Positions 38,626 to 48,658 of a stretch of DNA of 64,000 bases are shown one piece after another; positions within the stretch are counted from its first letter, which is position 1, and each line of letters begins with the position of its first letter. Both the position numbers and the translations under genes were made by a program. The stretch covers positions 4,245,591 through 4,309,590 of the forward strand of contig OZ242022.1 in assembly GCA_965204945.1 (NCBI GenBank), written 5' to 3'. The notes beneath the pieces are model-generated. The model was not told the DNA's origin. It saw nothing but the letters and a program-made list of their open reading frames with translations, and made no database searches. The DNA comes from Limisphaerales bacterium. Its GTDB lineage: Bacteria; Verrucomicrobiota; Verrucomicrobiia; Limisphaerales; AAA164-E04.

Positions 38626-39245
38626 TATTCCTTACAATGGCGGAAAACATTCGCAATATAACTACTTTGCTCTTTGTTGAAGCCTGCTTTTCTTAGGTGA
38701 TAACGCATATCCTCCTCTGTTAGAGACGACTGATATCGGCAGCTGTCAAAAATAAACTGGTAAAAACGATTCCAATCGTATGGATGAAGGCACCGCTTGT
38801 TCGCTGAGAACGAAAATTTCTCGAACTGGTCTTTTAACCTTGGGATAAGCCGAGGCAGGCAAGACTCTTGTTTTGGAATTCGCAGACGGTAACGACGCTT
38901 GTAAAGCTTATTGTATAATTTAATGGGTTTGACAAAGAGTTCTCTAATTGCGTTTACATATACTTCGTAACTCGGATTCCATTGCGATGCTATAGCTTTG
39001 ATCTGTATTATTGTCATCTCTTTTGGCCAAGACTCAAACATTCCGACAAGCCCTTCGTGAATCTCGTGTAAATCACGACTAAATCCAACAGTCATAGGAT
39101 CAAAATCACCATGGAAATTGAGTTTAGATTTAATAATCATCTTTGCTTTGCCTGATTTTACTTCTTTCTTAAGAATCGAATTCATGTGAAGCAAGAATTG
39201 TTTAGGCTCTTCTTTTATTCGCAGTGTAATTTCTGGGAGAGACAT
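38586..39245 (-). CDS. Hypothetical protein, AT-rich orphan (219 aa)
   Basis: Clean ORF in a low-GC stretch. Its 3' end overlaps the convergent TPR gene by 40 nt. No family recognised. Confidence 0.45.
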   Translation of the reverse strand: MSLPEITLRIKEEPKQFLLHMNSILKKEVKSGKAKMIIKSKLNFHGDFDPMTVGFSRDLHEIHEGLVGMFESWPKEMTIIQIKAIASQWNPSYEVYVNAIRELFVKPIKLYNKLYKRRYRLRIPKQESCLPRLIPRLKDQFEKFSFSANKRCLHPYDWNRFYQFIFDSCRYQSSLTEEDMRYHLRKAGFNKEQSSYIANVFRHCKEYQDRCRLRSSRRR

Positions 39246-39290
39246 TTTTTGTAGAATCTTTGAAGTGGTTAAAGTTTTTGAGATTTTATT

Positions 39291-40175
39291 CTATCGAAAA
39301 CTTGCAAATGAGATGGGAAACCGAACTTCCTTATCTCCACGCGCATAGAGAGAAGCAATTTGTGGCGTCCGAAACACAAGTTCGTAGTTCCCCGGTTTTG
39401 TTAACTCGTCAATCGGAAATACTGCGTCAAATTCACTCAACGAAATTTTGCCGTCAACCGCGTTAGATTGAGTGTCCAAAATTTCCTGAATTTCATCGCG
39501 GCTAAAGCCGGTATATGCGGCCATTTGCTCTTCGGACAATCCCATTGCTCGGTAACTTCTCAACACTTGTTCCTTCTGCTCTTTTGTCATATTAGTGGTC
39601 CATCCTTTGGATATCTGCTTCATTGTTTGATCGATCGACGCAAAGGTTGCCTGCATTTCCTTACTCGGCTTGTCCGCAAATGGATTTTTACCAGCCCACG
39701 CCTGAATTTCTAATAACGGATCCACACGAACGCCATCGCGCAGAAGAATGAATTGCTGCAACGAGATGATATTACCTGCATAAATAGCAATCCTAAGGGC
39801 ACCGATCTTGCGGGCGTATTGAACGAAGTTGTCGTCTATTTTCCGGTAATCCCTGGTTTGTTCTCTTGCGTGGTTGGCGATGAGGTAAAGTGGTGTGGCA
39901 ACTTGGATGTAAATGGAGTCCTGATTGAAAAGACTGCGCGGAGCCTTTGTTAGGTAGGTATATTGGAGCGCGTCATTATCTTTGCTGGCCTTTCCTAATG
40001 CGATGGCTTGCCGGACGTCGGCATCGGTTGGGTTGGCGATGATTCCATTGGTGTAGTTGCGAAATTCTTGGGGAATTTTGCTACGAATGGCGTGTTCGCG
40101 AATTGAGTAACCTCCGGCGCAACCGGCGGCAAGCAACGCTGTCGTTAGTGCGGCGATTAAAAATGAGTATTTCAT
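39291..40175 (-). CDS. Hypothetical lipoprotein (294 aa)
   Basis: Lipobox in MKYSFLIAALTTALLAAGC. Confidence 0.6.
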   Translation of the reverse strand: MKYSFLIAALTTALLAAGCAGGYSIREHAIRSKIPQEFRNYTNGIIANPTDADVRQAIALGKASKDNDALQYTYLTKAPRSLFNQDSIYIQVATPLYLIANHAREQTRDYRKIDDNFVQYARKIGALRIAIYAGNIISLQQFILLRDGVRVDPLLEIQAWAGKNPFADKPSKEMQATFASIDQTMKQISKGWTTNMTKEQKEQVLRSYRAMGLSEEQMAAYTGFSRDEIQEILDTQSNAVDGKISLSEFDAVFPIDELTKPGNYELVFRTPQIASLYARGDKEVRFPISFASFR

Positions 40176-40216
40176 ATTTTGTCGTGGTGGTTTGGTTTGC
40201 AGTGGGTTTGCGGCGT

Positions 40217-40600
40217 TTATTTGAGGCGGAGGGCGATTTGTTTTTCGAGTTCGCTGGAGAGGTCGATGTTGGGGCGGCCGAAGCGGGTTCGGCTTTGGAC
40301 GAGGACTCGGCTGACTTTGGGACCGACAGCTTCGATTTGGACGTAGACGGTGGTCTCATCGATTTTGGCGACCAGAGCCTTGTTGACGCGGTTTTCGTTG
40401 ACGATGGTGCCGTTGAAGCGGAGTACTTCGAGGGCGGCGAGGTAGAGGTCTTCGACGGGGCGTTGGTAACGGCCTTCGATGGTGTCTTTCATCCACGGCA
40501 GGCCTGTTTTGCGTCCGCCGTCGACGGTGGTGTAGCAACCGGAAGAAAGGGCGGCTGCGGTCAAGCAAAGCAGTATTGAGATAATAGATGCAAGTTTCAT
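40217..40600 (-). CDS. Small lipoprotein (127 aa, DUF3568-like)
   Basis: Lipobox in MKLASIISILLCLTAAALSSGC. Confidence 0.55.
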   Translation of the reverse strand: MKLASIISILLCLTAAALSSGCYTTVDGGRKTGLPWMKDTIEGRYQRPVEDLYLAALEVLRFNGTIVNENRVNKALVAKIDETTVYVQIEAVGPKVSRVLVQSRTRFGRPNIDLSSELEKQIALRLK

Positions 40601-40667
40601 AGAGAGGATTGCAAACGAATCGGCGTTTTTCGTCAAGTCTTAAAATTAAGTCGCACAGGCGGGATGG

Positions 40668-41615
40668 CTATGGCGTTGGATTGGCATCCGGCGGGGAGAT
40701 TTTCTTCGCTCGGAGTTGGAATCGCCGGGCGATCCAGCCGTGTTTTGGCGCGAATACTGCGGCCAGCATGAACACTAGGCCGGCAGTTACGGCCATCATC
40801 CCCGAAATGGAAGTGTCGGCAAAACCAAACCAGCGGGGGATTGTCAGCGCGGCGGCGTGGCCGGCTAGGGCGGAGAAGGCGGCTATGGCCAGGCTCCAGG
40901 CAATCATGGCGCCTAGTTTGTCCGTGAGGAGGTGCGCTGCGGCGGCGGGAGCGATTAGCATGGCGATGACGATGATGCTACCGACGGCTTCGAAGGAGGC
41001 GACTGCGGTTATCGCCACGATGATCATTAGCAGGTAGTGCATGGTTTTGGCGCTGAATCCGAGGGTGGTGGAAAGTTCGGGATCGAAGGAGCTGATTCGG
41101 AGTTCTTTGAAAAAGAGGAAAACGAACAGAAGGTTGAAGAGGAAGGCGCCGCCCAAGACGGCGACGGCTCGCGGCACTTGGATTTTGGTTTCTCCCCAGT
41201 GTAGAGTGCATAGCGCGTCTAGCGGCGTTAGCTCAATAGCGCCGTAAAGCACGCAGCCGGGGTCAAGGTCGACGTGGTCCGCCGCTTGGGCGATCAAGAG
41301 CAGGCCTCCTGCAAAGAGGGTTGTAAAGACAATACCCATAGCGGCGCCACGGTCGACTTGGCCGAAGCGGCTGATCCACTGGGTAAAGACGGCGGTCAAG
41401 GCGCCTACGGCTGCTGCGCCGATGAACATGGGAAGGCTGGCGCGGCTTCCGGTGAGAAGGAAGGCTATCGCTAATCCCGGCAAAACGGCGTGGGAGATGG
41501 CGTCGCCCATCATGCTCATCTGCCGAAGGACGAGGAAGTTGCCGACAATGGCGCAGGCCATAGCGCATAGAACGCCGACGGTTGCGATCCAGAGGTCGTA
41601 GCTTTGCCATTCCAT
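40668..41615 (-). CDS. Metal (Mn/Zn/Fe) ABC transporter permease
   Basis: LRQMSMMGDAISHAVLPG and the multi-TM ABC-3 family look. The ATG overlaps the upstream TGA by 1 nt (41615). Confidence 0.85.
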   Translation of the reverse strand: MEWQSYDLWIATVGVLCAMACAIVGNFLVLRQMSMMGDAISHAVLPGLAIAFLLTGSRASLPMFIGAAAVGALTAVFTQWISRFGQVDRGAAMGIVFTTLFAGGLLLIAQAADHVDLDPGCVLYGAIELTPLDALCTLHWGETKIQVPRAVAVLGGAFLFNLLFVFLFFKELRISSFDPELSTTLGFSAKTMHYLLMIIVAITAVASFEAVGSIIVIAMLIAPAAAAHLLTDKLGAMIAWSLAIAAFSALAGHAAALTIPRWFGFADTSISGMMAVTAGLVFMLAAVFAPKHGWIARRFQLRAKKISPPDANPTP

Positions 41616-43105
41616 CAACTGCTTCCTTCGGTTAGAGGATGGGGGCTTCCGGGCATGGAGGAGTGTTTTGGGTCTCGGTCGTCCGGTAGTAGTGTTTCTA
41701 GTTCTTTCACGAGTTCCGTCCCCAAAACGTGTTCGACTGCGTCTGCGTCTCGGTCGACGTGGCTGGGAGCGATGTCTGCGTTTTGAATTAGGTATAGCTC
41801 CCACAAACGATGATTTCGGGTCACTTTTGCGGCTTCTCGAAAGCCGACTTCTGAGAACAGCAATTCGTTTGCGCCATAGCGTTCGATCAAGGCGTCGTCG
41901 TATGCGGATTGGATTTCGCGCTGAAGGAATCTTGTCGACCAGGATCGGGAGGCCAAAAGGCCGCGCAGCAAGATCGGCCTATTTTGTACGCGGTTTTGTT
42001 CGGAAGGATTGGCGTGGGCTTCGAGCCATTCGTAAGATGCCCGCAGCAAGTGTTGTCTCGCGATTTTTCGTTTGAGTGTGGAGTGCCGGATAAAGCGGAC
42101 GAAAACGCCGCGCGCCGTGCCGAAGAGCATGCTGGCGAGGAACAATCCGGCGGCAATCAGGACGATGACGGCGCCGGCCGGCAAACGTGGGAACAGGCCG
42201 CTGACTCCGGCGCCCAGCCAGCCGCTGAGACCTCCGATTGCGGCGCCCAAAACCAACGTCGCGCCGAGTTTGCGCGTCCAGAAACGAGCCGCCGCCGCCG
42301 GTGTAATCAAAAAGGCAATCACCAAAATCAGCCCCACCGCTTGAAGCCCGGCCACCGTGACCATCGTTACTAAGGCAAGCATTGCGGCATCCAGCGTCCG
42401 TACCGGCCAGCCTTGGGCGGCCGCAAACCCTTCGTCAAAACAGAGCATTTGGAACTCTTTGAACAAAAGGACGCAGAGGAAGACGGCGACGAGCGTCACC
42501 CCGGCCACTACCGCAAAATCGCGCAAGATCATAGAAGCCGCCTTTCCATAAAGGAACGATTCTAGGCCGGCGGCGCTGCCTTGCGGCATCTGCTGAATGA
42601 TCCCCAGCAGCGCAATTCCAAGCCCGAAAAAGACGCTCAACACTATCCCCATCGCCGCATCGTCTTTGATTCGAGTTCCGTTTCGGATTCCCAGCACCGT
42701 CGCGCAACCGAAAATCCCGGCGGCGGCGGCTCCCCAAAGAAGCCCGGCCAGAGACTTTCCGTCGCCGCCGGCAGACGCCATAGCGATGAAGGCAACGCAA
42801 ATTCCCGGTAACATGGCGTGCGAGAGCGTGTCGCCCATTAACGAACGTTTGCGCAACAGCAGAAATCCGCCGACCAATCCGCCGGCAGTTCCCAGCAGGG
42901 AAGCGCTGATGACGACTAATCTTGTATTATAGTCGCGCAACGAAGCGACGCGCCAGATTTCTTCCATCGAAGGGAGCGCCAATCGCGAGTCCTCCGCGGC
43001 AAAGAGGAGAGGAGTCTTTCCTTCGCCTGCGGAAAACGCCGCTTCGGACGCGGTTGAACTCCCCGCCAAAAAGAGAAAAACAACCATGCCAAGCGTAGTC
43101 TTCAT
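41615..43105 (-). CDS. Metal ABC transporter permease fused to a C-terminal DtxR-family repressor domain (YtgC-YtgR-like)
   Basis: Permease part: LRKRSLMGDTLSHAMLPG. C-terminal ~150 aa: ...FREAAKVTRNHRLWELYLIQNADIAPSHVDRDADAVEHVLGTELVKELETLL. ATGA overlap with the ATPase gene at 43102..43105. Confidence 0.8.
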   Translation of the reverse strand: MKTTLGMVVFLFLAGSSTASEAAFSAGEGKTPLLFAAEDSRLALPSMEEIWRVASLRDYNTRLVVISASLLGTAGGLVGGFLLLRKRSLMGDTLSHAMLPGICVAFIAMASAGGDGKSLAGLLWGAAAAGIFGCATVLGIRNGTRIKDDAAMGIVLSVFFGLGIALLGIIQQMPQGSAAGLESFLYGKAASMILRDFAVVAGVTLVAVFLCVLLFKEFQMLCFDEGFAAAQGWPVRTLDAAMLALVTMVTVAGLQAVGLILVIAFLITPAAAARFWTRKLGATLVLGAAIGGLSGWLGAGVSGLFPRLPAGAVIVLIAAGLFLASMLFGTARGVFVRFIRHSTLKRKIARQHLLRASYEWLEAHANPSEQNRVQNRPILLRGLLASRSWSTRFLQREIQSAYDDALIERYGANELLFSEVGFREAAKVTRNHRLWELYLIQNADIAPSHVDRDADAVEHVLGTELVKELETLLPDDRDPKHSSMPGSPHPLTEGSS

Positions 43106-43953
43106 TCTCCGGCGTGCTGCACTGCCTCCGCTGCGGCGGAGAGCACGGTCAATTTGCCTCCGTAGGTTTTGCGCAAGTTTTCTTGATGGAAGACTTTTTT
43201 CGTCGGGCCGGCGTCGACGACTCGCATGTTTAACAAGATGATCCAATCGAAGTATTCGGCCACCGTGGCCAAGTCGTGGTGGACGATTAGACAGGTTTTG
43301 CCCCGTTTTTTTAGGTCTCGAAGCAGCTCGACAACCGCCCGCTCGGTGGCGGCGTCAACCGCCGCGAAGGGCTCGTCCATCAAGTAAAGCCGTGCGTTTT
43401 GCGCCAGCGCTCTGGCCAGAAAAACGCGTTGTTGCTGGCCGCCGGAGAGTTGGCTAATTTGCCGGCCGGCGTAGTCTGCCAGGCCCACGCGCTCTAACGC
43501 TTGCAACGCTTCGGCTCGGCAACGTTTGTCGACCGGCTTGAACCATCCCAGCCGATGATAGCCGCCCATAGCGACTACGTCCAAAGCGCTCGCCGGAAAA
43601 TCCCAATCCACGCTTTCTCTTTGCGGCACATAACCGACGAGGCTTCGCTGTTTGCGATAGGGACGTCCGTAAACGCGCACGAGGCCAGAAGCCTTCGGAA
43701 CCAAGTCCAGGCAGGCCTTGAGTAATGTGCTTTTGCCGGCGCCGTTGGGGCCAATCAACCCGACCAGCTTCCCTTCCGGCATTTCCAAATCAACGTCCCA
43801 AACCGCCGGCTTGCGATGATAGGCGACCGTCAAATCATGAATGGAAAGCGGCGAGGCGGGAGAATGTTCGGGCGGGACGGTTTCGCCGCCTTCCAGCCTC
43901 TCCTTCCGGGCTGGCGCCTGCGTCGCTCGGTCAATATGAAACAAACGAATCAT
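43102..43953 (-). CDS. Metal ABC transporter ATP-binding protein
   Basis: GPNGAGKSTLLK, LSGGQQQRVFLARAL, LYLMDEPFAAVD. The start is uncertain: ATG at 43953, or a GTG at 44046 overlapping the upstream stop. Confidence 0.9.
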   Translation of the reverse strand: MIRLFHIDRATQAPARKERLEGGETVPPEHSPASPLSIHDLTVAYHRKPAVWDVDLEMPEGKLVGLIGPNGAGKSTLLKACLDLVPKASGLVRVYGRPYRKQRSLVGYVPQRESVDWDFPASALDVVAMGGYHRLGWFKPVDKRCRAEALQALERVGLADYAGRQISQLSGGQQQRVFLARALAQNARLYLMDEPFAAVDAATERAVVELLRDLKKRGKTCLIVHHDLATVAEYFDWIILLNMRVVDAGPTKKVFHQENLRKTYGGKLTVLSAAAEAVQHAGE

Positions 43954-44045
43954 GAATAATTGCCTTCGCCCACTGCAAGACGGCAAGACAAAGCGGGCAA
44001 AGAAAGACGATCCCAAGCATCCGTCTCTCTGCATCCGCAAAGGCA

Positions 44046-45062
44046 CTAGCGCAATGTTTTTCCGCTCAGTTTGCCGTTCATTCCTTGTTCCGGGGCCTTG
44101 CCGCCAAGGGCGCGGACAATAGTCGTTACGTTGTGATCAATCATACCCACGTAAGTTCCTTCGTAGATGCCGCGTTTGCCCATCGCGTCGGAGAAAAGGT
44201 CGCCGCCAATTGTTACTTCGTGGCCTTGTGCGCGGGCGCCTTCCACCAGCGCTTGAACGTTTTTCTCCGATACGGAGGTTTCCACAAAGACGGCCGGAAT
44301 TTTTCGGGAAACCAAAAACGAGACCAGCGTTTCTATGTCTTTGACTCCCGCTTCGGACTCGGTGCTCAACCCTTGAATGCCTCGCACTTCCAGGCCGTAA
44401 GCTCGCCCCAAGTAGCGGAAAGCATCGTGCGCCGTGACGAGAACTCGTTGCGCGGGCGGAATGGAAGCGATTGTTTTGCGGGCGTAGTCGTCCAATCGGC
44501 GAAGCGTTTCCAAATAGGAGTCGGCGTTTTCTCGGTACGCCGCCGCATTTTGAGGATCGAATTCGCAGAGCGCGTCGGCCACAACTTGAGTCGCCCGCAT
44601 CCAACCCCGGACGTCCATCCACAAGTGCGGGTCGTGGCGATTGGCCTCATCGATCATCCCGTAATCTTCCCGCTTTAGAATTGCCTCGCTCACGGCGCAA
44701 ACCGTCCGCCCTTCCCGCTTGGCTTGCGCCAGCACGTCCGCCATTTTGCCCTCGAGTTTTAGGCCGTTGTAAAAAACAATTTCCGCTTGGAGGATTGCCA
44801 GCACGTCGTTGCGGGTGGGTTTGTACAAATGAGGATCCACTCCCTCTCCAATCAACCCTTTCAACTTCGCATGATTCCCCGCAACCTGCCGCGCGACGTC
44901 GGCAATCATTCCCACCGTGGCCACCGCTGAGTAGGGATACGTCAACGGTTTCCGGCTATCGCTTGAATTGGTCTCCGTCTTGCGATCCCCGCCCGTTGGC
45001 GAACATCCCAACAACACGCCGGCCAGACACACCGTCAACCATCCGCAGTTGGCTCGTTTCAT
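44046..45062 (-). CDS. Metal ABC transporter substrate-binding lipoprotein (TroA/MntA/ZnuA family)
   Basis: Lipobox LAGVLLGCS. Also DPHLWMD and the VTAHDAFRYL region typical of cluster A-I SBPs. Confidence 0.85.
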   Translation of the reverse strand: MKRANCGWLTVCLAGVLLGCSPTGGDRKTETNSSDSRKPLTYPYSAVATVGMIADVARQVAGNHAKLKGLIGEGVDPHLYKPTRNDVLAILQAEIVFYNGLKLEGKMADVLAQAKREGRTVCAVSEAILKREDYGMIDEANRHDPHLWMDVRGWMRATQVVADALCEFDPQNAAAYRENADSYLETLRRLDDYARKTIASIPPAQRVLVTAHDAFRYLGRAYGLEVRGIQGLSTESEAGVKDIETLVSFLVSRKIPAVFVETSVSEKNVQALVEGARAQGHEVTIGGDLFSDAMGKRGIYEGTYVGMIDHNVTTIVRALGGKAPEQGMNGKLSGKTLR

Positions 45063-45307
45063 CGTTTTCCCGTTCAAAAGACTAAAAATTCCAAGAAACG
45101 CCGCTAAAGAAAATTGCGCCTTCAGACTCTCCCGTTCCATCCAGCCGGAAAACCGGCGTCCAGTTGCGCAACGCTTCGCCGCAAGACAAGCACTCTCTGC
45201 GAGAGCGCTGGAGGATTATCCGTTTCATCTCAATTTATTAGTTGCGTCTAAGTTTTACAAAACTGAAAGTATTTTACGAGGACGGATAGACGAGTCAACA
45301 AAGATTG

Positions 45308-45326
45308 GGAAAAAGATTCTTTTTCC
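45308..45326. promoter_or_regulatory. 19-bp palindrome GGAAAAAG-ATT-CTTTTTCC upstream of mntR (candidate operator)
   Basis: Read directly. It sits in the divergent intergenic region between the importer operon and mntR. Confidence 0.25.
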
Positions 45327-45344
45327 GTTGAATAAAAAATTTGC

Positions 45345-45764
45345 TTGGGCAAAATTTCTCTCGTGCCGCCGTTCAAGAACAAAAACAGCGTCTCCGCCGA
45401 AGATTATCTCGAGAGAATCCACGAGCTTATTGATGAGAAAGGCTACGCGCGGGCTGTCGACATCGCCAACGCCCTCGGCATCAGCCAATCCTCCGTCAGC
45501 TCCATGGTGCAAAAATTAGCGGCCGAAGGACTGCTCAACTACGAGAAATATCGGGGGATGACTTTGACTAAAAAAGGCAAAAAAATCGCCCTTGCCGTTC
45601 ACAAGCGTCACGAAATTCTCAAACGCTTTCTATCCTTGCTCAAAGTCCCGCAAAAGGCGCAGGAGCGGGACATCGAAGGATTGGAACACCACATCAGCAA
45701 AGAAACCGTCCGGGCGCTTGCCCAACTCTCGGATGATCTGGAAATTCGCGCCGGCAAAGGATAG
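45345..45764 (+). CDS. mntR: DtxR/MntR-family metal-dependent transcriptional regulator
   Basis: SAEDYLERIHELIDEKGYARAVDIANALGISQSSVSSMVQKLAAEGLL...KRHEILKRFL. The start codon is uncertain (TTG 45345 or GTG 45363). Confidence 0.85.
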   Translation: MGKISLVPPFKNKNSVSAEDYLERIHELIDEKGYARAVDIANALGISQSSVSSMVQKLAAEGLLNYEKYRGMTLTKKGKKIALAVHKRHEILKRFLSLLKVPQKAQERDIEGLEHHISKETVRALAQLSDDLEIRAGKG

Positions 45765-45868
45765 TTTCACCAAGCGACACCGCGCGAACATTCCTATTTC
45801 AAAACCGAGAGAAAACGCCTTATCCTAACTCGTCCAAGAACCATACACCACTAAAATATATTTGAGAT

Positions 45869-46849
45869 ATGCCGACTACGCCTCCCGAACAATCTTCCCT
45901 TCGCAAGCCCTTCTCTCCTCGCCGCGTTCTTCATTTATGGAGAACGAAAATTTTTATTCAGTCCGTCTTGTCCTACCTACCCTTGGGAAATAAACTAAAC
46001 GACTTGTGCCAAATCTGGAACGGCACTTATTCCCCAAAAAGCATGGAAAGAGCCCTATGGTTGCGGATTGAAGCATTGAATAAAGCGCGTAGACATGTTC
46101 CCTTGAATGGATCCACCGCGGTAGAAATTGGCACCGGCTGGGTCGCCTACATGTCTATATTGCTCTATTTATATGGAGCGCGCCGCTGCTATACCTATGA
46201 TCATATTCCGCATCTCCAATTCAACATGGTAACGCGGTTTCTGAAAATCATCGGTAAGAACCTAAAAAGGATTTCTGTATTGTCGAACATTCCGCTGGAA
46301 GAACTGGAGCATCGATTGAAAAACATCGCCGGAAAAAATAATTTAGAAGAGTTTCTGCGGGCGGCCGGAATAAAGTATAAAGCGCCCGGCGATGCCGGCG
46401 ACACCGGGCTGGCGGACGGGAGTGTGGATTTGGTTTTGAGCTACGCCGTGCTAGCCCACGTTCCTCGCCAAGCGTTGGCCGGTCTGTTGAAAGAAGTAGC
46501 CCGCCTAATTAGCGATCATGGAAAATCGTTCCATTGTATAGGCTTGTTTGATCCCAATCATAAAGTCGGATCCAAAGTGAGCAAGCTAAACTTCCTCAAG
46601 TATTCGCCGAGGTTTTATAATTTCTTTATCAACAACAAAATGAACTACCATAATAGACTCAGAGAGCCGGAATATCTTAAACTGTTCAAGGAGTGCGGAT
46701 ATTGCGTCGAGTATTTAGAAAGTGAAGTGGATGAATCAGACATTGCGCTGCTCGGCCGGATGAAGGTTGCCGAAGAGTTTCAGCGCTTTGACAATCGGCA
46801 ATTAGCGGTGTGGAAAATGAGCGTGGTTCTCTCCGCCCGCCGTTGTTAG
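45869..46849 (+). CDS. SAM-dependent methyltransferase-like protein (326 aa)
   Basis: VEIGTGW (motif I-like) and DLVLSYAVLAHV. Confidence 0.55.
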   Translation: MPTTPPEQSSLRKPFSPRRVLHLWRTKIFIQSVLSYLPLGNKLNDLCQIWNGTYSPKSMERALWLRIEALNKARRHVPLNGSTAVEIGTGWVAYMSILLYLYGARRCYTYDHIPHLQFNMVTRFLKIIGKNLKRISVLSNIPLEELEHRLKNIAGKNNLEEFLRAAGIKYKAPGDAGDTGLADGSVDLVLSYAVLAHVPRQALAGLLKEVARLISDHGKSFHCIGLFDPNHKVGSKVSKLNFLKYSPRFYNFFINNKMNYHNRLREPEYLKLFKECGYCVEYLESEVDESDIALLGRMKVAEEFQRFDNRQLAVWKMSVVLSARRC

Positions 46850-47012
46850 ATAGTATTCCTTTTGCCCAACGGCGGATCCAAGCCTTGCCCTCTAAAATCT
46901 AAGATCAACTGAGGGAAAGTCACAAACCATTCCCGCCCTCTGGCATGAGAGGCATTTTATGTAGTGGGCTATGCTCCTGCGTTACAATATTGGAAAACAG
47001 AGCAAAAGGCGG

Positions 47013-48539
47013 TCAACTCCAGATTTGGCGATCGAGGCTGCGGTATTGGATGGCTTCGGAAATGTGATAACTGTCGATGTGTTCAGACTGAGCGAGGTCG
47101 GCAATAGTTCGGGCGACTTTGAGGATGCGGTCATAAGCGCGGGCGCTGAGTTTCAAATTTTCCATCGCTTGGCGAAGGAGGTCGAGGGTGGGACGATCTA
47201 ATGCGCAGTGTTGTTTTAGGAGGCGGCTTTCCATAGCGGCGTTGTGGTTGACGGATGGGTGTTTTTTAAAGCGGCGGTGTTGGATGTTTCGGGCGGCAAT
47301 GACGCGTTGCCGAATGGCGTCGGAATTTTCGCCGGTTTGTTGGTCGGTCATTTTTTTGAAGGGAACGAGGGGGACTTCGATATGTATATCGATGCGATCC
47401 AGCAGAGGCCCGGAGATTCTGCCGAGGTAACGTTGAATTTCTCTATCAGAGCATTGGGACTCGCCGGGCATTTTGCCGTCGGGCGAGGGGTTCATGGCGG
47501 CCACAAGCATGAAGTTGGCCGGGAATGTGGCCGAGCCGGCGGCGCGAGAAATGGTGACGCAGCCTTCTTCCAGAGGCTGCCTCATAGTTTCCAGAACGCT
47601 GCGTTTGAATTCTGGAAGTTCGTCGAGGAAGAGCACTCCGTTGTGGGCGATGGAGATTTCGCCGGGAACGGGGTTGGCGCTGCCGCCGAGTAGCCCGGCA
47701 TCGCTGGCGGTATGATGCGGGGCGCGAAAAGGTCGCTGGGTAACGAGCGCTTGGTTGTCGGCAAGAAGCCCCGCAACGCTGTGGATTTTGGTGGTTTCCA
47801 GAGCTTCGTCCCGAGTAAGGGGCGGCAGGATGGAGGGGAGACGCTTGGCCAACATGGATTTTCCAGTGCCGGGCGGCCCAATCAAGAGAATGTTGTGGCC
47901 TCCGGCGGCGGCCACTTCGAGGGCGCGTTTGGCATTTTCTTGGCCGCGAACTTCGGCAAAGTCGGCTTCTACCGTCGGCGAGATTTGGGTGATCTCGTCC
48001 GGGTTTATTGGAACGGGCTCAATGGATTCTTGGCCGTCTAGGAACTCGACGGCCTGTCTGAGGTTCTGGAGGGGATAGACGTCGATGTTGCCCACGACGG
48101 CGGCTTCGCCTGCGTTGGCTTGAGGAACTAGCAGGCCTTTCTTTCCTTCGGTCTTCGCTCGAATGGCGATGGGAAGAATGCCTTTGACGGAGCGGATGGC
48201 GCCGTTGAGCGCAAGTTCGCCAACCATGACGTAGTCGTCCAGATTATCGGCGGAGCATTGCTCGCTAGCGCCCAACATGCCGACGGCGATGGGCAGGTCA
48301 AAACTCGGCCCTTCTTTCTTCAAGTCGGCCGGCGCCAAGTTGATGGTCGTTTTGCCCATTGGAAAGCGATAGCCGCTATTGGTAAGCGCGGTAGTCACTC
48401 GGTCTCGAGACTCTCGGACGGCGACGTCGGGCAACCCGACGATGAGAATCTTGGTGTCGCCCCAACTGGTGTTGACCTCGACTTCTACAGGATAGGCATG
48501 AATGCCGTTGACCGCCGCTGAATGCACCTTTGCAAGCAT
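47013..48539 (-). CDS. comM: YifB/ComM family Mg-chelatase-like AAA+ ATPase
   Basis: [13 protein letters not shown]..., [24 protein letters not shown]. 508 aa. Confidence 0.9.
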   Translation of the reverse strand: MLAKVHSAAVNGIHAYPVEVEVNTSWGDTKILIVGLPDVAVRESRDRVTTALTNSGYRFPMGKTTINLAPADLKKEGPSFDLPIAVGMLGASEQCSADNLDDYVMVGELALNGAIRSVKGILPIAIRAKTEGKKGLLVPQANAGEAAVVGNIDVYPLQNLRQAVEFLDGQESIEPVPINPDEITQISPTVEADFAEVRGQENAKRALEVAAAGGHNILLIGPPGTGKSMLAKRLPSILPPLTRDEALETTKIHSVAGLLADNQALVTQRPFRAPHHTASDAGLLGGSANPVPGEISIAHNGVLFLDELPEFKRSVLETMRQPLEEGCVTISRAAGSATFPANFMLVAAMNPSPDGKMPGESQCSDREIQRYLGRISGPLLDRIDIHIEVPLVPFKKMTDQQTGENSDAIRQRVIAARNIQHRRFKKHPSVNHNAAMESRLLKQHCALDRPTLDLLRQAMENLKLSARAYDRILKVARTIADLAQSEHIDSYHISEAIQYRSLDRQIWS

Positions 48540-48658
48540 TTTCTAAAAAAATCTATACAAGAAGGGAACGATCTTTTGAAAGAAGAAACGCCAAAAATGC
48601 CGCTTTTTTCCAAGAAAGAGAAGAAAACTTTGTCTGGCGAACCAACGACAAGCCAGAT

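Noticed and set aside
45190-45210. Imperfect hairpin GCACTCTC-TGC-GAGAGCGC upstream of the metal SBP gene.
   Set aside because: It has one mismatch and no U-tract, and it falls in an ORF extension of uncertain status. That is not enough to call a terminator or an operator.
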